Positions 12,925 through 25,509 of a stretch of DNA of 64,000 bases are shown piece by piece (the stretch's first letter is position 1; every line of letters starts with the position of its first letter). A program made the position numbers and the translations under genes. Origin of the DNA: Octopus vulgaris (taxonomy: Eukaryota); the NCBI GenBank assembly GCA_951406725.2, contig OX597814.1, positions 110,174,001-110,238,000 on the forward strand, written 5' to 3'. The notes beneath the pieces were generated by a model. The model was not told the origin of the DNA. It did not search any database and saw only the letters and a list, made by a program, of their open reading frames with translations.

Positions 12925-13401
12925 TCTAGTTGTGTGAGTGTCTGTCCCCTTCGATTTAGATTCCTAACTCCTCCCACATTTTGCGGTGCAGTTTAACCAA
13001 ATTCGGGTATCTTATAGTCATGATTCATATCGAGCCCGTCTGACTATTAGCGCGCGTCAACGATGGGTCTACGATTTTAAAAATAATTTAACATCATTTT
13101 TTATTCCATTTTAATGCATAAAATGCATCGTGTGTCGATGGCGGCGGAGTTGGCGTCCACGCTCACAGCTGCACCTGTTTGCTTCTCCCCCTTCCCTCCC
13201 TCGTGAAGCTGTGGGGAAGGGAGTGTAAAGAAATCAACGTCGTAATGCGTTGTGAAGGAGACCAGCGTTCTTTTAGAACAACGACTTCATGGCTTGAAGA
13301 CACCAAAACAAAAATGGCTAAGAAAGCCCGAATTGGCATCTAAAAATGCTTATATAGTTATTTCCCTTACAAACCCGAGCAACGCCGGGCGATACTGCTA
13401 G
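12915..13401 (+). mobile_element. Non-autonomous Helitron
   Basis: Starts in (TA)n; ends with hairpin CCCGAGCAACGCCGGG then GATACTG-CTAG|T; near-identical copy at 60541-61043. Confidence 0.85.
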
Positions 13402-13793
13402 TATATATATAAAAGAGGTTGTGTGCTGTCTGTCTCCTACGATTTAGATTCCTAACTACTCCCACATTTTGCGGTGCAGTTTAACCAAAACCGGGTATCT
13501 TATAGTCGTGATTCATATCGAGCCCGTCTGACTATTAGCGCGCGTCTACGATGAGTCTACGATTTAAAAAAAAATTTACCATCAGTTTTTCCCATTTTTA
13601 ATGCATTTTTGGCATATATAAGGGAAATAACTCTCTAAAAATTTATTATTAAATCTCAGAACGTAAAAAGCTACAGTAACAAACCCCCTTTGTGGTTAGC
13701 CATATTGAGATGGCTATTATACTTTACATCTCTAAAAATGCTTATATAGTTATTTCCCTTACAAACTCGAGCAACGCCGGGCGATACTGCTAG
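13402..13793 (+). mobile_element. Non-autonomous Helitron, second subfamily, tandem to the previous one
   Basis: Shares about 170 bp near the 5' end and about 60 bp of hairpin/CTAG terminus with 12915-13401 but has a different interior. Confidence 0.85.
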
Positions 13794-13811
13794 TATATAT
13801 ATATATATATA

Positions 13812-14070
13812 CCCGTGCTGGTAGCATGTAAAAAGCACCATCCAAATATCTTCGATGCCAGAGCCGCCATTGACTGGTTTCCGTGCCGGTGGCACATAAG
13901 AAGCACCAACCGATCGTGGTTGTTGCCAACCTCCTCTGGCTACTGTGCCGGTGGCATGTAAAAAGCACCCACTACACTCACAGAGTGCTTGGCGTTAGGA
14001 AGGGCATCCAGCCTGGTGCATCCTCCTGGCTTCCCAGACCCTGGTTGAACCATCCAACCCATGCTAGCAT
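13812..14070 (+). mobile_element. RTE 3' UTR fragment (family C)
   Basis: Three GTGCC..GGCA..AAAAGCACC units and CCAACCCATGCTAGCAT. Confidence 0.8.
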
Positions 14071-15256
14071 AGAATACGTACGTTTTCCATGCTGGCATTG
14101 GTTGGACAAAATGTCAAAACAAATTTCTGTGTGTCAGTGTGTCACACTTTGGCTCCCTCTCTCACTATTCAATAGCACTTCTTCTACTCCTCTTGCTGGG
14201 GTCCTAGTAATAGAGACGGTGGGGGCGATAGTAGATTGAGAGTTGAGATGGTAATGGTATGATATTTCATAGTATGAGCTGTAGTTGTGATAGAGGCAGA
14301 GGCGACGTTGATGGTGGTGGTGGTAGTGGTGGTGGTAGCTGAGGCAGTCAAGCCTGACGGAGATAGTAAGGGGTGTGAAAGACTGGTAATGGTGGTGGAG
14401 GGGAAGGCGGCAAAGTCAAAGGTGTTGATGTTGGTGGTGTAAGAAGTCTGAATGAATTGTGTATGGCAGTTGCGGTGGTGATGGTTGAAAACAGTCAATA
14501 GAAAGAGAGAAAGAAAGAGGTTAGACAGTAAAAAAAAATTTTACTGACTCACGAATGGGAAGACAAGAAATGTTTATCATGCAGCTTTGCAATAAGTTCA
14601 AAGTCGACTTATTATATAATTGTTTTGATAAAAATTGTTCATTGCTTGAAAAATATTGATCAAGTTTAATAAACTTTAATATGTACTCAATACATGAAGT
14701 GTCATTGTTGGGCTCAAGGCTCAATGAAGAGCCCTCAACAGGAACTAGTTTAAAAGCCGCCCTATTGAGCAGTTTTTAAGCTAGTATAAATATATGTGTG
14801 TGTGTGTATGTATGTATGTTTGTGTGTCTGTCTTCTCCCATCATCACTTGACAACCGATGTTGGTGTGTTTACATACCCATAACTTAGCAGTTTGGCAAA
14901 AGAGACTGGTAGAATAATTACTAGGGTTACAAAGAATCAGTCCTGGGGTCAATCACTTCGACTAAAGGTGGTGCTCCAGCATGGCTGCATTCAAATGACT
15001 GAAACAAATAAAAGAGTACAGGCTCATATTGTGTTCTGCAGACACACTACAAGGAACATTCCCATAACACGGTTTGGATACCACACCTTAAAGTCTCCTA
15101 CCTAAACTGATTTTAGATACAGCCTATATATATATATATATTTTTTTTTTCGTCCAACTCATGCTAGCATGGAAAGTGGACGTTAAATGATGATGATGAT
15201 GATGATGATGATATATATATCTGTAAACAAAATATGTGACAATTATTCGGTAGCCA

Positions 15257-15319
15257 TGATAAAACTCCGAGTTTCGGATATCGGGGCGGAAAACCACGCC
15301 ACCATCTCTTCAGTTATCA
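15257..15319 (-). ncRNA. Type I hammerhead ribozyme motif, intact core, 6-bp stem I
   Basis: Minus strand: TGATAA CTGAAGA GAT..GGCG..CGCC..ATCC GAAACTCGGAGTT TTATCA; predicted GUU cleavage triplet. Confidence 0.7.
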
Positions 15320-15849
15320 GGCCATTGAACAAAAATATATATATATATATATAAATTTAAACAGGAGGCTTATTTCATAGAACCAGGGTCAATCTCAGAT
15401 GGATTGGTATAAAAAAACATCAATCCTTCAGAGCATTTAGTTCATCATTCTACCAATTCTACCTCTTATCACTGTGAGTATGTAAGGAGAAAGCGTTAAT
15501 TCTTCCATACCTGTGTGTCTTCCCAACAGATAGTTCTATTTGGCTCAAAACTAGGTTATGTCTTGTATCCAATGTTACACTTGTGTGACTATCTGAAACC
15601 ATTTTTGCCCAAGTATATCATCTCAGTTTCTGGCTTCTTCTAAAAGTGACGACTTCGCATTTTGTCTTTAAAAAAATATTGGGACACATCAAATAATGTA
15701 TCCATCTACCACCCATTTTTTCTACCCACTGTTCCCAGGAGAGTTGTGAGAGTAGTCCTCAGGTACGGCCCTGCCCCATAAGGGTCCTATCAGATTCCAC
15801 CATCATTACACTTTTCAGCTGGATTCCCAAGCATGACCAACTGAGATTA

Positions 15850-16195
15850 TGGGTATTGTCTAACTATCTCATTCTTGGTCTAATCCTAAGTCACCCTGTG
15901 GATTGGCTTAACTTGAATAACCCATCTTTGATTCTTTAATGTGACATTTCAACCCCTTGTCTATAGTATTAGAGCTGTAATTTCAATGTAGTTGAGTAAC
16001 AGTTTGACCTGGAGGGACTCCAGTGATTTTTCGTAGGAACCCCATTTCTGTTGCTTGTGTTTGAAATTGTATTCTTTCACTCATCACCCAACATTCATGA
16101 CCATAAAACCATCCAAGAACCAAATTGAAGATAGCAAGTTTGACTTTTTGATCAATCCCTCCTTTTCTGAGGATCGAATGCTGGATCTGGTTCAT
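15850..16195 (-). mobile_element. Degenerate RTE-clade LINE ORF fragment
   Basis: YGHECWVMSERIQFQTQATEMGFLRKITGV matches the RTE post-RT motif YG.E.W......I.A.EM.FLR.I.GV. Confidence 0.75.
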
Positions 16196-16854
16196 TACTA
16201 TCCCAACACCTACAACTCAGCCTCATGTTTCCCATCACTCATGAATAGAAACAATTACATTGTCTCAGACGATGTATCACTGATAATTAATTCTTGTCTT
16301 CCTGTACAACACAGTTTCGCACAAGACTGCATCAGTCACCCAGTGCCGAAATGTATGATATCACACAAATCATACTAACCTTGTCTACATTCATTTTGAA
16401 GGAAGTGGAGCACTTTCCTCTCCTGTTTATTTCTGTTCTGTAACAGAATCATTATAGGACAAGGTTTTTGACAAACAATTTTCAACAAGATGTTAAGAGC
16501 TAAAATGGTGGAATTTTCATGGCTGGAGAGCCTTTGAGATTATGTCTGCTTGACTGATGCTGACATGGGACTAAACAACAACAGCAATATTAAAGACAAC
16601 AATATTTATACATGAAGCAGCAACTCTTATAAACAGCTTCTTTTTGTTTTGTTTTTTTGTTTGTCATTTAATTCCATGAAGAATGGAAATTACAATTTAT
16701 ATTATTTGATCTATTTGTAATGTCTATTGAACAGAGATTATAATTAATGGCTTCGTTATTGGATCTTTCATCTATAATGAAGCTTTGCTATTTGGTTGTG
16801 AACAATTTGATTTTTTTTAATACCTGTGTTTAAGGCTTCTCTTTTTTTATTTCC

Positions 16855-17550
16855 TCCTCCCTAGACACAAGGCCTGAAATTTTGAGGGAGGGTGCCAGTT
16901 GGTTAGATCGACCCCAGTGCACAACTGGTGCATAATTTATCGACCCCAAAAAGATGAAAAGCAAAGTTGACTCTGCTGGAATTTGAACTCAGAATGTTAA
17001 GACAGACAAAATACCGCTAAGCATTTTGCCCGACGTGCTAACGTTTCTGCCAGCTCCCCCTGCCTTTCTCCCTACTCATCCTGTTACTCCTAAAGAATGG
17101 ACTGAACAAAAAAGAAAATCTTTTCTTCTTCTTGTTTATTATTATTATTATTATTATTATTATGGCGGCGAGCTGGTAGAATCGTTAGCACACCAGGCAA
17201 AATTCTTAGCAGCATTTCATTTGTCTTTTACATTCTGAGTTCAAATTCCACCAAGATCAACTTTGCTTTTCATCCTTTTCAGGTCAATAAAATAAGGTAC
17301 CAGTTGAACACTGGGATTGAAGTAATTCCCTTATACCTTCCCCCATAATTGCTGGCCATGTACCAAAATTCAAAACCATTATTATTATTATTATTATTAT
17401 TATTACTTCCAAGTTCAAATTCCGCCGAGGTCAGCTTTGCCTTTCATCCTTTCAAGGTCGTTAAATTTAAGTACCAGTTGCATACTGGGGTTGATGTAAC
17501 TGACTCATCCCTTCGCTCAAAATGGCCGCCCTTGTGGAAAAGTTTGAAAC
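16855..17550. mobile_element. Cluster of family B SINEs (one minus, two plus) separated by (TTA)n
   Basis: Repeated GTTCAAATTCC / CTTTGCCTTTCATCCTTT / AAGTACCAG motifs. Confidence 0.8.
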
Positions 17551-17569
17551 CCTTATTATTTTTATTATT

Positions 17570-17841
17570 TGCCAGTACTACCGGATCGGCTCCCTTACAG
17601 GTAGCACATAAAAAACACCTTTTGGGTGTGGTCGTTGCCAGAACCTCCTGACTGGCCCTCGTGCTGGTGGCATATAAAAAGCACCCACTACACTCTGAGT
17701 GGTTGGCGTTAGGAAGGGCATCCGACTGTAGAAACTCTGCCAGATTGGAGTGGAGCCTGGTGCAGCCTCTGGCTCACCAGTCCTCAGTCAAACCATCCAA
17801 CCCATGCCAGCATGGAATAAGGACGTTAAATGATGATGATT
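17570..17841 (+). mobile_element. RTE 3' UTR fragment (family C)
   Basis: AAAAGCACCCACTACACTC..GGCGTTAGGAAGGGCATCC..CCATGCCAGCATGG..CGTTAAATGATGAT. Confidence 0.8.
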
Positions 17842-18117
17842 GTTGTGAGGGCACATGGCTTAGTGGTTAGAGTGTCACATTCATGATCTAGCAGTCATGG
17901 TTTCAATTCCTAGACCAGGTGGTGTGTTGTGTTCTTGAGCAAAACACTTCATCTCACACTGCTCTTCAATCACTTCGACACCTGACGCATGGCACACCGT
18001 GCCCCTGTTCAAGCAACATCAATTTGATGGAGAGAGTGAGCTAATGTACAACACATGCATTTGATCACTATAAACAAACCATTTGTCCAGCTTCTTATCA
18101 TCTTCAGTGGAAGAGTC

Positions 18118-18167
<50 letters not shown>

Positions 18168-18391
18168 GAATTAGAAGGTGGTGAGTTGTCAGAATCGTTA
18201 GCACACTGGACAAAATGCTTAGCGGTATTCAACTGGTCTCTACATTCTAAGTTCAAATTCTACTGAGGTCGTTTTTGCATTTGATCCTTTCAGGGTCGAT
18301 GAATTAAGTACCAGTGAAACGCTGGGGTCGATGTAATCAACTAGTCCCCCTCTCCCAAATTTCAGGCCTTGTGTCTATAATAGAAAGGATT

Positions 18392-18598
18392 AGGTAGACT
18401 TGTGGTAAATGGAGCGCGAAAGTGAGGTAGGTGGAGGAGAAGATGGAGGAGGAGGAGATTGGGAGGGTTGGTTTGAAAAAGGAGGACACCCAAAACCAGG
18501 CGAGATGGCGAGAGAGTGGTTGCTATGGCATAGAAGTAGATTTGCCCACCCCTGTTAATGGGGACAAAACCTGAATTTAAAACACTGGTTGATGATGA
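18392..18598 (+). mobile_element. Degenerate RTE-type LINE 3' end, separate subfamily
   Basis: Broken frames reading GRWRRRW and EEEIGRVGLKKEDTQNQARWRE, ending in TGATGATGA. Confidence 0.55.
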
Positions 18599-18622
18599 AA
18601 TAATAATATAGCTGTATGTGTG

Positions 18623-18661
<39 letters not shown>

Positions 18662-18725
18662 CTCTACCTCTGGTATTTGAGTACTCTTTTTTCTACCTTG
18701 TTTCGCATTTATGTGCTTACTCCAG

Positions 18726-18774
<49 letters not shown>

Positions 18775-19441
18775 TTATAGATAGGTAGAATGATGGCAAG
18801 ATAGAGGGAAGGAGGGGTGATGGGGGATAAATAGCTTATTAGGTAGATAAAGGGATAGTTTACCCTACATGGAATTATGATGGAAGGTTTTTAGTTTTGA
18901 TCACTTTAAACACCCCCTGGGGAGGGGAGTATTTATAATAAAACCAGGGGAAGTATCAAGTGGGTTGCTGTCAAAACAATTAAAGAATGTTTCATCCTGG
19001 TGAAATTTGCTGTTTATGTGATTTCAAACTAATGTTAGTAATAATCTTTGGGTGGGGGTGGGGGAGCTTGTAGTATAGAGGTGTGTGGGCAATCAAAATG
19101 TGAAATAGTTTTGTCGTTTGTGACCTGAATATAAGTTGCAATAAAACTTAGCAATACCCATTGTTGTGTGTGTGTGTATATTTATTTGTACTGATACCTA
19201 AATGTCAATATTAAGTGACTGATAGCTTGTTAAGCAGCAGGTATCATTTGCTTTAGAACCTTTTTTTTTTTCTGCAAAATAGCTATTGACATTTCATATT
19301 AAATTGTCTTCAAATAAACAACTGCCTTATTTTGGAGATATTCAATGACCCTCGACCATGTCCTCTATTTTCATTATCATACTGCTGACATGAGGAACTA
19401 ACCCTTTTCTTACAATATTTCTGTTTAAATATGCTGCTTTT

Positions 19442-19712
19442 CGTTTTTGGATTTGGTTTGCAAGATTCCTTATATGAGTTTGTGTGTTGAAGCATATTCT
19501 GGTGTGTCTGGGGAGAGTCATTTTCCTTTTGTGCCTTATAATGTAACACACTCACCGGTAAAATTTCCACCAAGACTATGAAAAGGTTGCAAGACTCAAC
19601 GAAAATTTTAGGAAAATAAAAATAAGAAAAATGTGGAAATTTTACTGGTGAGTGTGTTACATTATAAGGCACAAAAAGAAAATGATTCTCCCCAGACACA
19701 ACAGAATATGCT
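19442..19712. mobile_element. Insertion with 80-bp inverted arms and 14-bp direct repeat, nested in a family E MITE
   Basis: Arms 19491-19570 and 19633-19712; AATATGCTGCTTTT at 19428-19441 and 19705-19718; related copy near 50740-50895. Confidence 0.75.
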
Positions 19713-19924
19713 GCTTTTGTTTTAATTAATTTTGAAAATTATGAAGAATTTGGTAAAATAACTAAATTATTGTTTGGAACGTGATTTAAATAGGACACTA
19801 AATGAGAACATTAATTAAGCTATATCACATTGTCCCAGTGTCCTATTTATAGGACACCAAGTATTTCCATTTCTACTCGAAGTAAAGGAGTTTTAATAAT
19901 TATTTTTTTTCATTTTCGTTACCA

Positions 19925-20198
19925 ACGTCACCTTACTGGCACATGTGTCAGTGGCATGTGTAAAAAGATTTGAGCGAGGTCATTGCCAGTACCGCCTGAC
20001 TGGCCCCCATGCCGGTGGCACGTAAAAAGTACCCACTACACTCTTGGAGTGGTTGGCATTAGGAAGGGCATCCAGCTGTAGAAACTCTGCCATATCAAGA
20101 TTGGGGCTTGGTGCAGCCATCTGGTTCGCCAGTCCTCAGTCAAAATTGTCCAACCCATGCTAGCATGGAAAGCGGATGTTAAACAATGATGATGACGA
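19925..20198 (+). mobile_element. RTE 3' UTR fragment (family C)
   Basis: Same terminal motifs and (GAT)n tail as other family C copies. Confidence 0.8.
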
Positions 20199-21490
20199 TT
20201 TTAACCTATTTTCAATCATCTGTAAAAATTTTAAATATTCAGAAATGTAAGTACTCTGGGACTTAATGGGTTAACATAGAATTTAGATGGTTGGTTTTGA
20301 TTTAGGTCAGTTTCAAACAGAAAGTTTCTATCATAGAATCAAGGGTATTTCTGGGCAGGTTGGTATCAAAAGGCTTTGATCAGCCCAAGGTTATGATAGA
20401 AAACACTTGCCCAAGTTGTCACACAGTGGGACTGAACCTAGAAACATGTATTTGGAAGTAAGCTTCTTACGACACAGTCACGCCTGCACCTTTAATCAAG
20501 TTTATTTAACTTCATGCCAGGAATTTACTAATTAATTCCAAGTGACATTTCGTTTTCTTTCTACCTATTTATAATTGAAGCAGTAAATTAGCACTAAATA
20601 ATACAATAGGTAATTAATGGAAAGTTATAATTAATATTGTGACATTCCTTTATGGTTACTTGTAATTCTTCACTAATTATTAACTTCTATTCCAATAATT
20701 ATTAAAAGGTTTCTTCTTCCAATAATAAATTCTCTGTGAATTACTATTGAGATCTTGGAGAAGATTCTGGTAACTTTTGAAGTGCTGCAGTTTGAAATGT
20801 TAGAAATTCTTCATATTTGGTATGTGTGTTATTTGGCCTGATTTCATCTAAAAATACCAGGAAAGTTCTTTAAATGCCAATTCCTGGAAGAAGGAGGAGA
20901 ACCATTTAAATGTGAACAGTTTGGAATAAATTGGTTTATCAGTTTCTTTTGGAGGAATTTTTAAGAATGATATTTGAAAGAAATATTATTTTCTTTAACA
21001 CTTTTATTGCCATTTTTTCTGTTAAAATACAGTAATTTCTGTTTCAAAGAATTTTGGAAATAAAAATTTGGTAAAATAAGTTTGCCATTATTGAACTTAA
21101 AATACAGTCATCATCATCTTTTAACATCTGCCTGCCATGCTGGCATGGGTGGGATGGTTTGACAGGAGCCAGCCAGGCATAATTTTGAAATTAATCAAGA
21201 ATTTAGTAAAATAACTCTGTCATTATTAAACAAACGTTTAAGGTGGTGAGCTGGCAGAATTGTTACTGCACCAGAGAGAATGCTTAGTGGTATTTCTTCC
21301 AATACTTTACATTCTGAGTTCAAATTCTACCCAGGTCAACTTTATTTTTCATCCTTTCAGGGTCGATGAATTAAATACCAGTGAAGCCCTGGGGTCAAAG
21401 TAATTGACTTTTTCCCTCCTACAAGATTTTTAGCTTTGTGTCTTTAGTAGAGAGGATTATTAAAACTAACGTTTGGCACATGAATTAACA

Positions 21491-21873
21491 TAGGCACAGG
21501 AATGGCTGTGTGGTAAGAAGCTTGCTTACCAACCACAGTCTCACTGCGTGGCACCTTGAGCCAGTGTTTTCTACTATAGCCTCAGGCTGACCAAAACCTT
21601 TTGAGTGGATTTGGTAGACGGAAACTGAAAGAAACCCATCATATATACATATATATGTGTGTGTGTGTTTGTATTTCTGTATTTGTCTCCCCACCATCGC
21701 TTGACAACCGATGTTAGCATGTCTACGTCCCTGTAACTTAGTAGTTCAGCAAAAGAGACCGATAGAATAAGTACTAGGCTTACAAAGAATAAGTCCTGGG
21801 GTTGATTTGCTCGACTAAAGGTGGTGCCCCAGCATGGCCACAGTGAAATGTCTAAAACAAATAAAAGAAAAAA
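21491..21873 (+). mobile_element. SINE family A, near full length
   Basis: TGGCTGTGTGGTAAG head through GGTGGTGCCCCAGCATGGCCACAG tail. Confidence 0.85.
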
Positions 21874-22129
21874 AGAACAACAAGGAATTTTGATGGAATG
21901 ATTTTAATTTAGATCACTTTAAATCTGGCAGTTTTTATATCATCGAAGCAGGACTGATCTCAGGAGGTTGGTATGAAAAGGGTTAATTCATAAAAGCCAT
22001 TAAGTAATGATTGCAGATGTAAGATTCCATTAAATAAACAGTGAATAACCATATCTGTTTATCTGCTTTTCTAAAATTTTTTTTATCTTTGATAATCTGT
22101 TGACAAATGTTCTTTCTTTCTTTCTCTAG

Positions 22130-22208
22130 AATTGGTAAGATTTATGAATGACTTGTGGAATTGCCATAGACTTTCTTCACATATGGATTATATCTTAGCA
22201 ACAAGGAG
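22130..22208 (+). CDS. Candidate 79-nt exon of an unidentified host gene
   Basis: Long polypyrimidine tract TTCTTTCTTTCTTTCTCTAG acceptor, AG|GTAAGC donor, non-repetitive sequence, only one open frame: xLVRFMNDLWNCHRLSSHMDYILATR; protein not recognised, could be partly UTR. Confidence 0.5.
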
Positions 22209-23269
22209 GTAAGCTGAAGTTTGTTTGTTTTGTTTTTTTTTTATCCATTTTGTCGCCTTTTGTGAAGAGTAGTGCCATTGGTTACAGATTTATAACGGAC
22301 TGATCTGTGGTTCACTGCTTTTCTGGTGGCAAGATTGACACAACGGCATCCGAACAACTCAGGTGGAATAATTCCTATTTTTAGATTGAAAGGAAATGGT
22401 TTATTGGTTTCTTTTGCCAAAGTTTAATTCCTTCACCAATTTGCATCGAAGAATGATATACATATTCATCCACACACACGTACACAGCCACTGGCACACA
22501 CACACACACACACATACATACATGTTCACACACATACACTCACACTCGTATAATGCATACACATACATAAACACATGTATGCATTCACACACACACTCTC
22601 TCTCTCTCACATACAAACACACAGACTTTGACATCTTTCTTAAAATAATTGACTTGCCTGAGATGTTATGAAAAGGCAAAGTCAATATTCTGAATATTTT
22701 AAAATATTTTCCTTCTCTTAATTGAATTTTAACCTTGTTGATGACTGTTGATAATACATGAAGCCATTAAGATCCAAAGATTTGTTCTCACACACACACA
22801 CACACACATTCCCATCCAAAATAGAGATAAGTACCAACACTTTCATGTGGCATGCTCGAACAATTGTGAAGATGAAAATAGAAATAATACATTTCTAAAT
22901 CTCCCAGAGAGATTTATACAGTGGCAGCACGATTAAGTGATGGTATGTTGTCAACTTAATGTGACAGTCCCATAAAAGGGAAGAATGCTACTGTTATTTA
23001 GCCCTAGGAAATATGCTACTGCATGAATCTCTTTGAGATTTAGAAATGTAGTATTTCTATTTTCAAAAATCAGTGAATGTATTCCACTTGAAATATATGT
23101 TTTCAAAGACGGACGGGCATTGACAGCTAGCAAGCCATGCTACTCCAGACTGATGATGAGCAATGACTCTGAAACTGACCCACAAATAAAGAATGCTTAT
23201 CCACCAATGTTGTGCTCTCATTCACACTGTTTGATATTAGTGTGTGTGTGTGTGTGTCTGTATAAATAT

Positions 23270-23465
23270 AAAAAAACGAAGAACAAACACAAAAAAACAA
23301 CAGCACGAGGATGTGGTACATGTAAAGTATTAGCAGACACTCAGGGAAGGAAAGAAAGGTGGTTTAATGTTTCGAGCAAAGCTCTTCTTCAGAATCGGGG
23401 GACAGAGGAAAGTCCAATAGAAAAGAAAGACAGAGGGAAAAAAATCGCCAACGATTCACCTGTGG
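23270..23465 (-). mobile_element. Penelope-like terminal fragment with degenerate hammerhead (23362-23396)
   Basis: GATT CTGAAGA A GAGC TTT GCTC GAAAC ATT AAAC; homologous to plus-strand 29480-29715. Confidence 0.65.
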
Positions 23466-23477
23466 TTATATATACAC

Positions 23478-23512
<35 letters not shown>

Positions 23513-23752
23513 TATGCAGACCTGACTGAGTGAAGGAATGGAAGAAAGTGACAACTAGAAGCGGTGTGGTCAGTTTGGGGACATCTTGATTTTCTGTATG
23601 TGGCTTTCATCTCCATTTTAGAGGACACTATTTTATACAATGATATTATAATTATGGAAATTTTAAATTATTTTTACCATTCGTATAATATTCTTACTCT
23701 TCATTTCAACTTCTTAATGTCTTCTTTTTGGTGCCCATGGGCCAAATAACAA

Positions 23753-23800
<48 letters not shown>

Positions 23801-23901
23801 GTTATTATTATTCATATACACTCAACAGATTAGACTGTTGGAAAAGAAAAGAATCTTAACATCGGGTTACAACAAATAGCCTTAGATGCCAAGAACCCTC
23901 C

Positions 23902-23940
<39 letters not shown>

Positions 23941-24099
23941 GATGGTGAGCTGGTAGGATTGTTAGCATGCCAGGCAAAATGTTTAGCAGCATTTCACTCA
24001 TCCTTACAAATTCTGGCAGTTGAACGCTGGGGGTCGATGTCATCGACTAGTCCCTTCCCCAAAAATTCCAGGCCTTGTGTCTATATTAGAAAGTATTAC

Positions 24100-24429
24100 T
24101 ATTTCCACTTCACTTCTCAGAACTGTCGTTTTCACTTGCTCTGGTTAATTCTGTAAGAGCAGACAACAACCTGTTGTCAAGGATCTCACAGGGTCTCTTT
24201 CCACAATACTTAACACCTAAGCACCAATCTCAAAATCCTTGTCTCCAATAAAGCTGTTTGTGGTGCCTGTTCTACCCTCATGTCAATCCCAATTTCACCA
24301 ACAAATTTCTCAAACCTGCTTCTTAATGCTCCCAGTGCCACTACAATTACTGGTATGACGATTACTTTCTTCATTGCACACTTTCGTACAATCTCATCTT
24401 TTAGTGGTTTCTTGTACTTCTCAATCTTT
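24100..24429 (-). mobile_element. R4/Dong-clade LINE 3' fragment (C-terminus of restriction-like endonuclease region)
   Basis: KIEKYKKPLKDEIVRKCAMKKVIVIPVIVVALGAL..FEKFVGEIG....EQAPQTALLETRILRLVL*. Confidence 0.75.
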
Positions 24430-24764
24430 AGCGAAGGTGGAGGTATTGTTTAGTTATGTTTGTTTGTCCATAGACAAAATATCTCAAGAGCCGCTGGATG
24501 GATTCGGATGAAACTTTCAGGGATGTTTGGTGTCGTGACTGACACAAACTGATTAGATTTTGGGATCAGTCCAGTACCGGACAAAGATTCTGGGTTTAAT
24601 TTTCCAGGTTTTTTACTTAATTTTTGAGAGTGGTCAGGTTCATTTTTAGTATTTTTGTTTGTGAGAGAGGTTGAGTTTATTTCAGATATTCTCATTCTAA
24701 AAGTCATCATTGAGAGGACATTGGCGTTGCCTTGGCGAAAGTTTATTCTCTCTGAGTCCTCTTG
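24430..24764 (+). mobile_element. Helentron-associated (HINE/DINE-like) non-autonomous element
   Basis: AAGGTGGAGGT 5' motif, GTTTGTTTGTCC microsatellite, GATATCTCAAGA..GATGAAACTTTCAGG core, 3' CTCTCTGAGT hairpin; homologue 40879-41513. Confidence 0.65.
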
Positions 24765-24825
24765 TTATTATTAAAACTATTCTGCATGCCATGTCCAAGT
24801 ATTGTTGACCTGTGGAGTTATTATT

Positions 24826-25022
24826 CACATTATTTACATTGGATGGATATGTGTCCTCATCTTGTTTGTTGTTACCTCAACGTTTCGGCTGATTTACTCT
24901 CCAGCCTTCATTAGGTGTCCTAGTAGGATTTTGAAACAGTGGTAACAACAAACTAGATGAGGATACATATCCATCCAATGTAAATAATGTACAGAATTCC
25001 TGATCTCTAAAATGTAGAACAG
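24826..25022. mobile_element. Truncated hammerhead-bearing element with inverted 50-bp duplication
   Basis: 24827-24876 inverted against 24941-24990; hammerhead motif at 24874-24919(-); same family as 27338-27638. Confidence 0.75.
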
Positions 25023-25509
25023 TGTTGTGCAGTTATGTCAAAGAGCTGTTATTATGTGTGGGACAAATCCAACAATCAGCCAAATCCATTGTGAGGATTG
25101 CCTCACCACCCGCCTTTAGCAAGGTGGAGCAGGCAGGGTTCTTCTGTCTGGTGGCTATAGCAGAAGAGGTTGTGTGCTGGATGAGGACGACAGAATTGAG
25201 GAAAAGCACCTTCTTCTTCAGTCAAACCCTTGTCATCTTTTTTAAGTTCCACTTGAACAGGAAAGTGAGGGTGGAGAGGGAAGTGCTCCCTCCTTCCCAG
25301 TGAATTTGTGAAAAGATGGATGACTGTAGTAAAAATGGTTTAGAGTGAAAGGCCCTACTCTAAGTATGCATCTGTAGATTGGAGAACAGGAGAGAAAACT
25401 CATGTCTTTGGTGGCCAATGGCCAGGCTAATCCTGGATCTACGGGGTTCCTCGATTGGCCCTAGCTGGAGTTTTTCCTGAATCAGGAGGACCGCATCATT
25501 CATGATTTT

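Noticed and set aside
19571-19610. Possible hammerhead between the inverted arms (CTATGA...CAACGAAAA)
   Set aside because: Core and stems do not fit the consensus well enough
25020-25500. GC-richer stretches (also 27780-28170 and 38420-38880) that hint at decayed DIRS or other retroelement coding sequence
   Set aside because: Motif similarity needs several frameshifts and is too weak to call without a profile search
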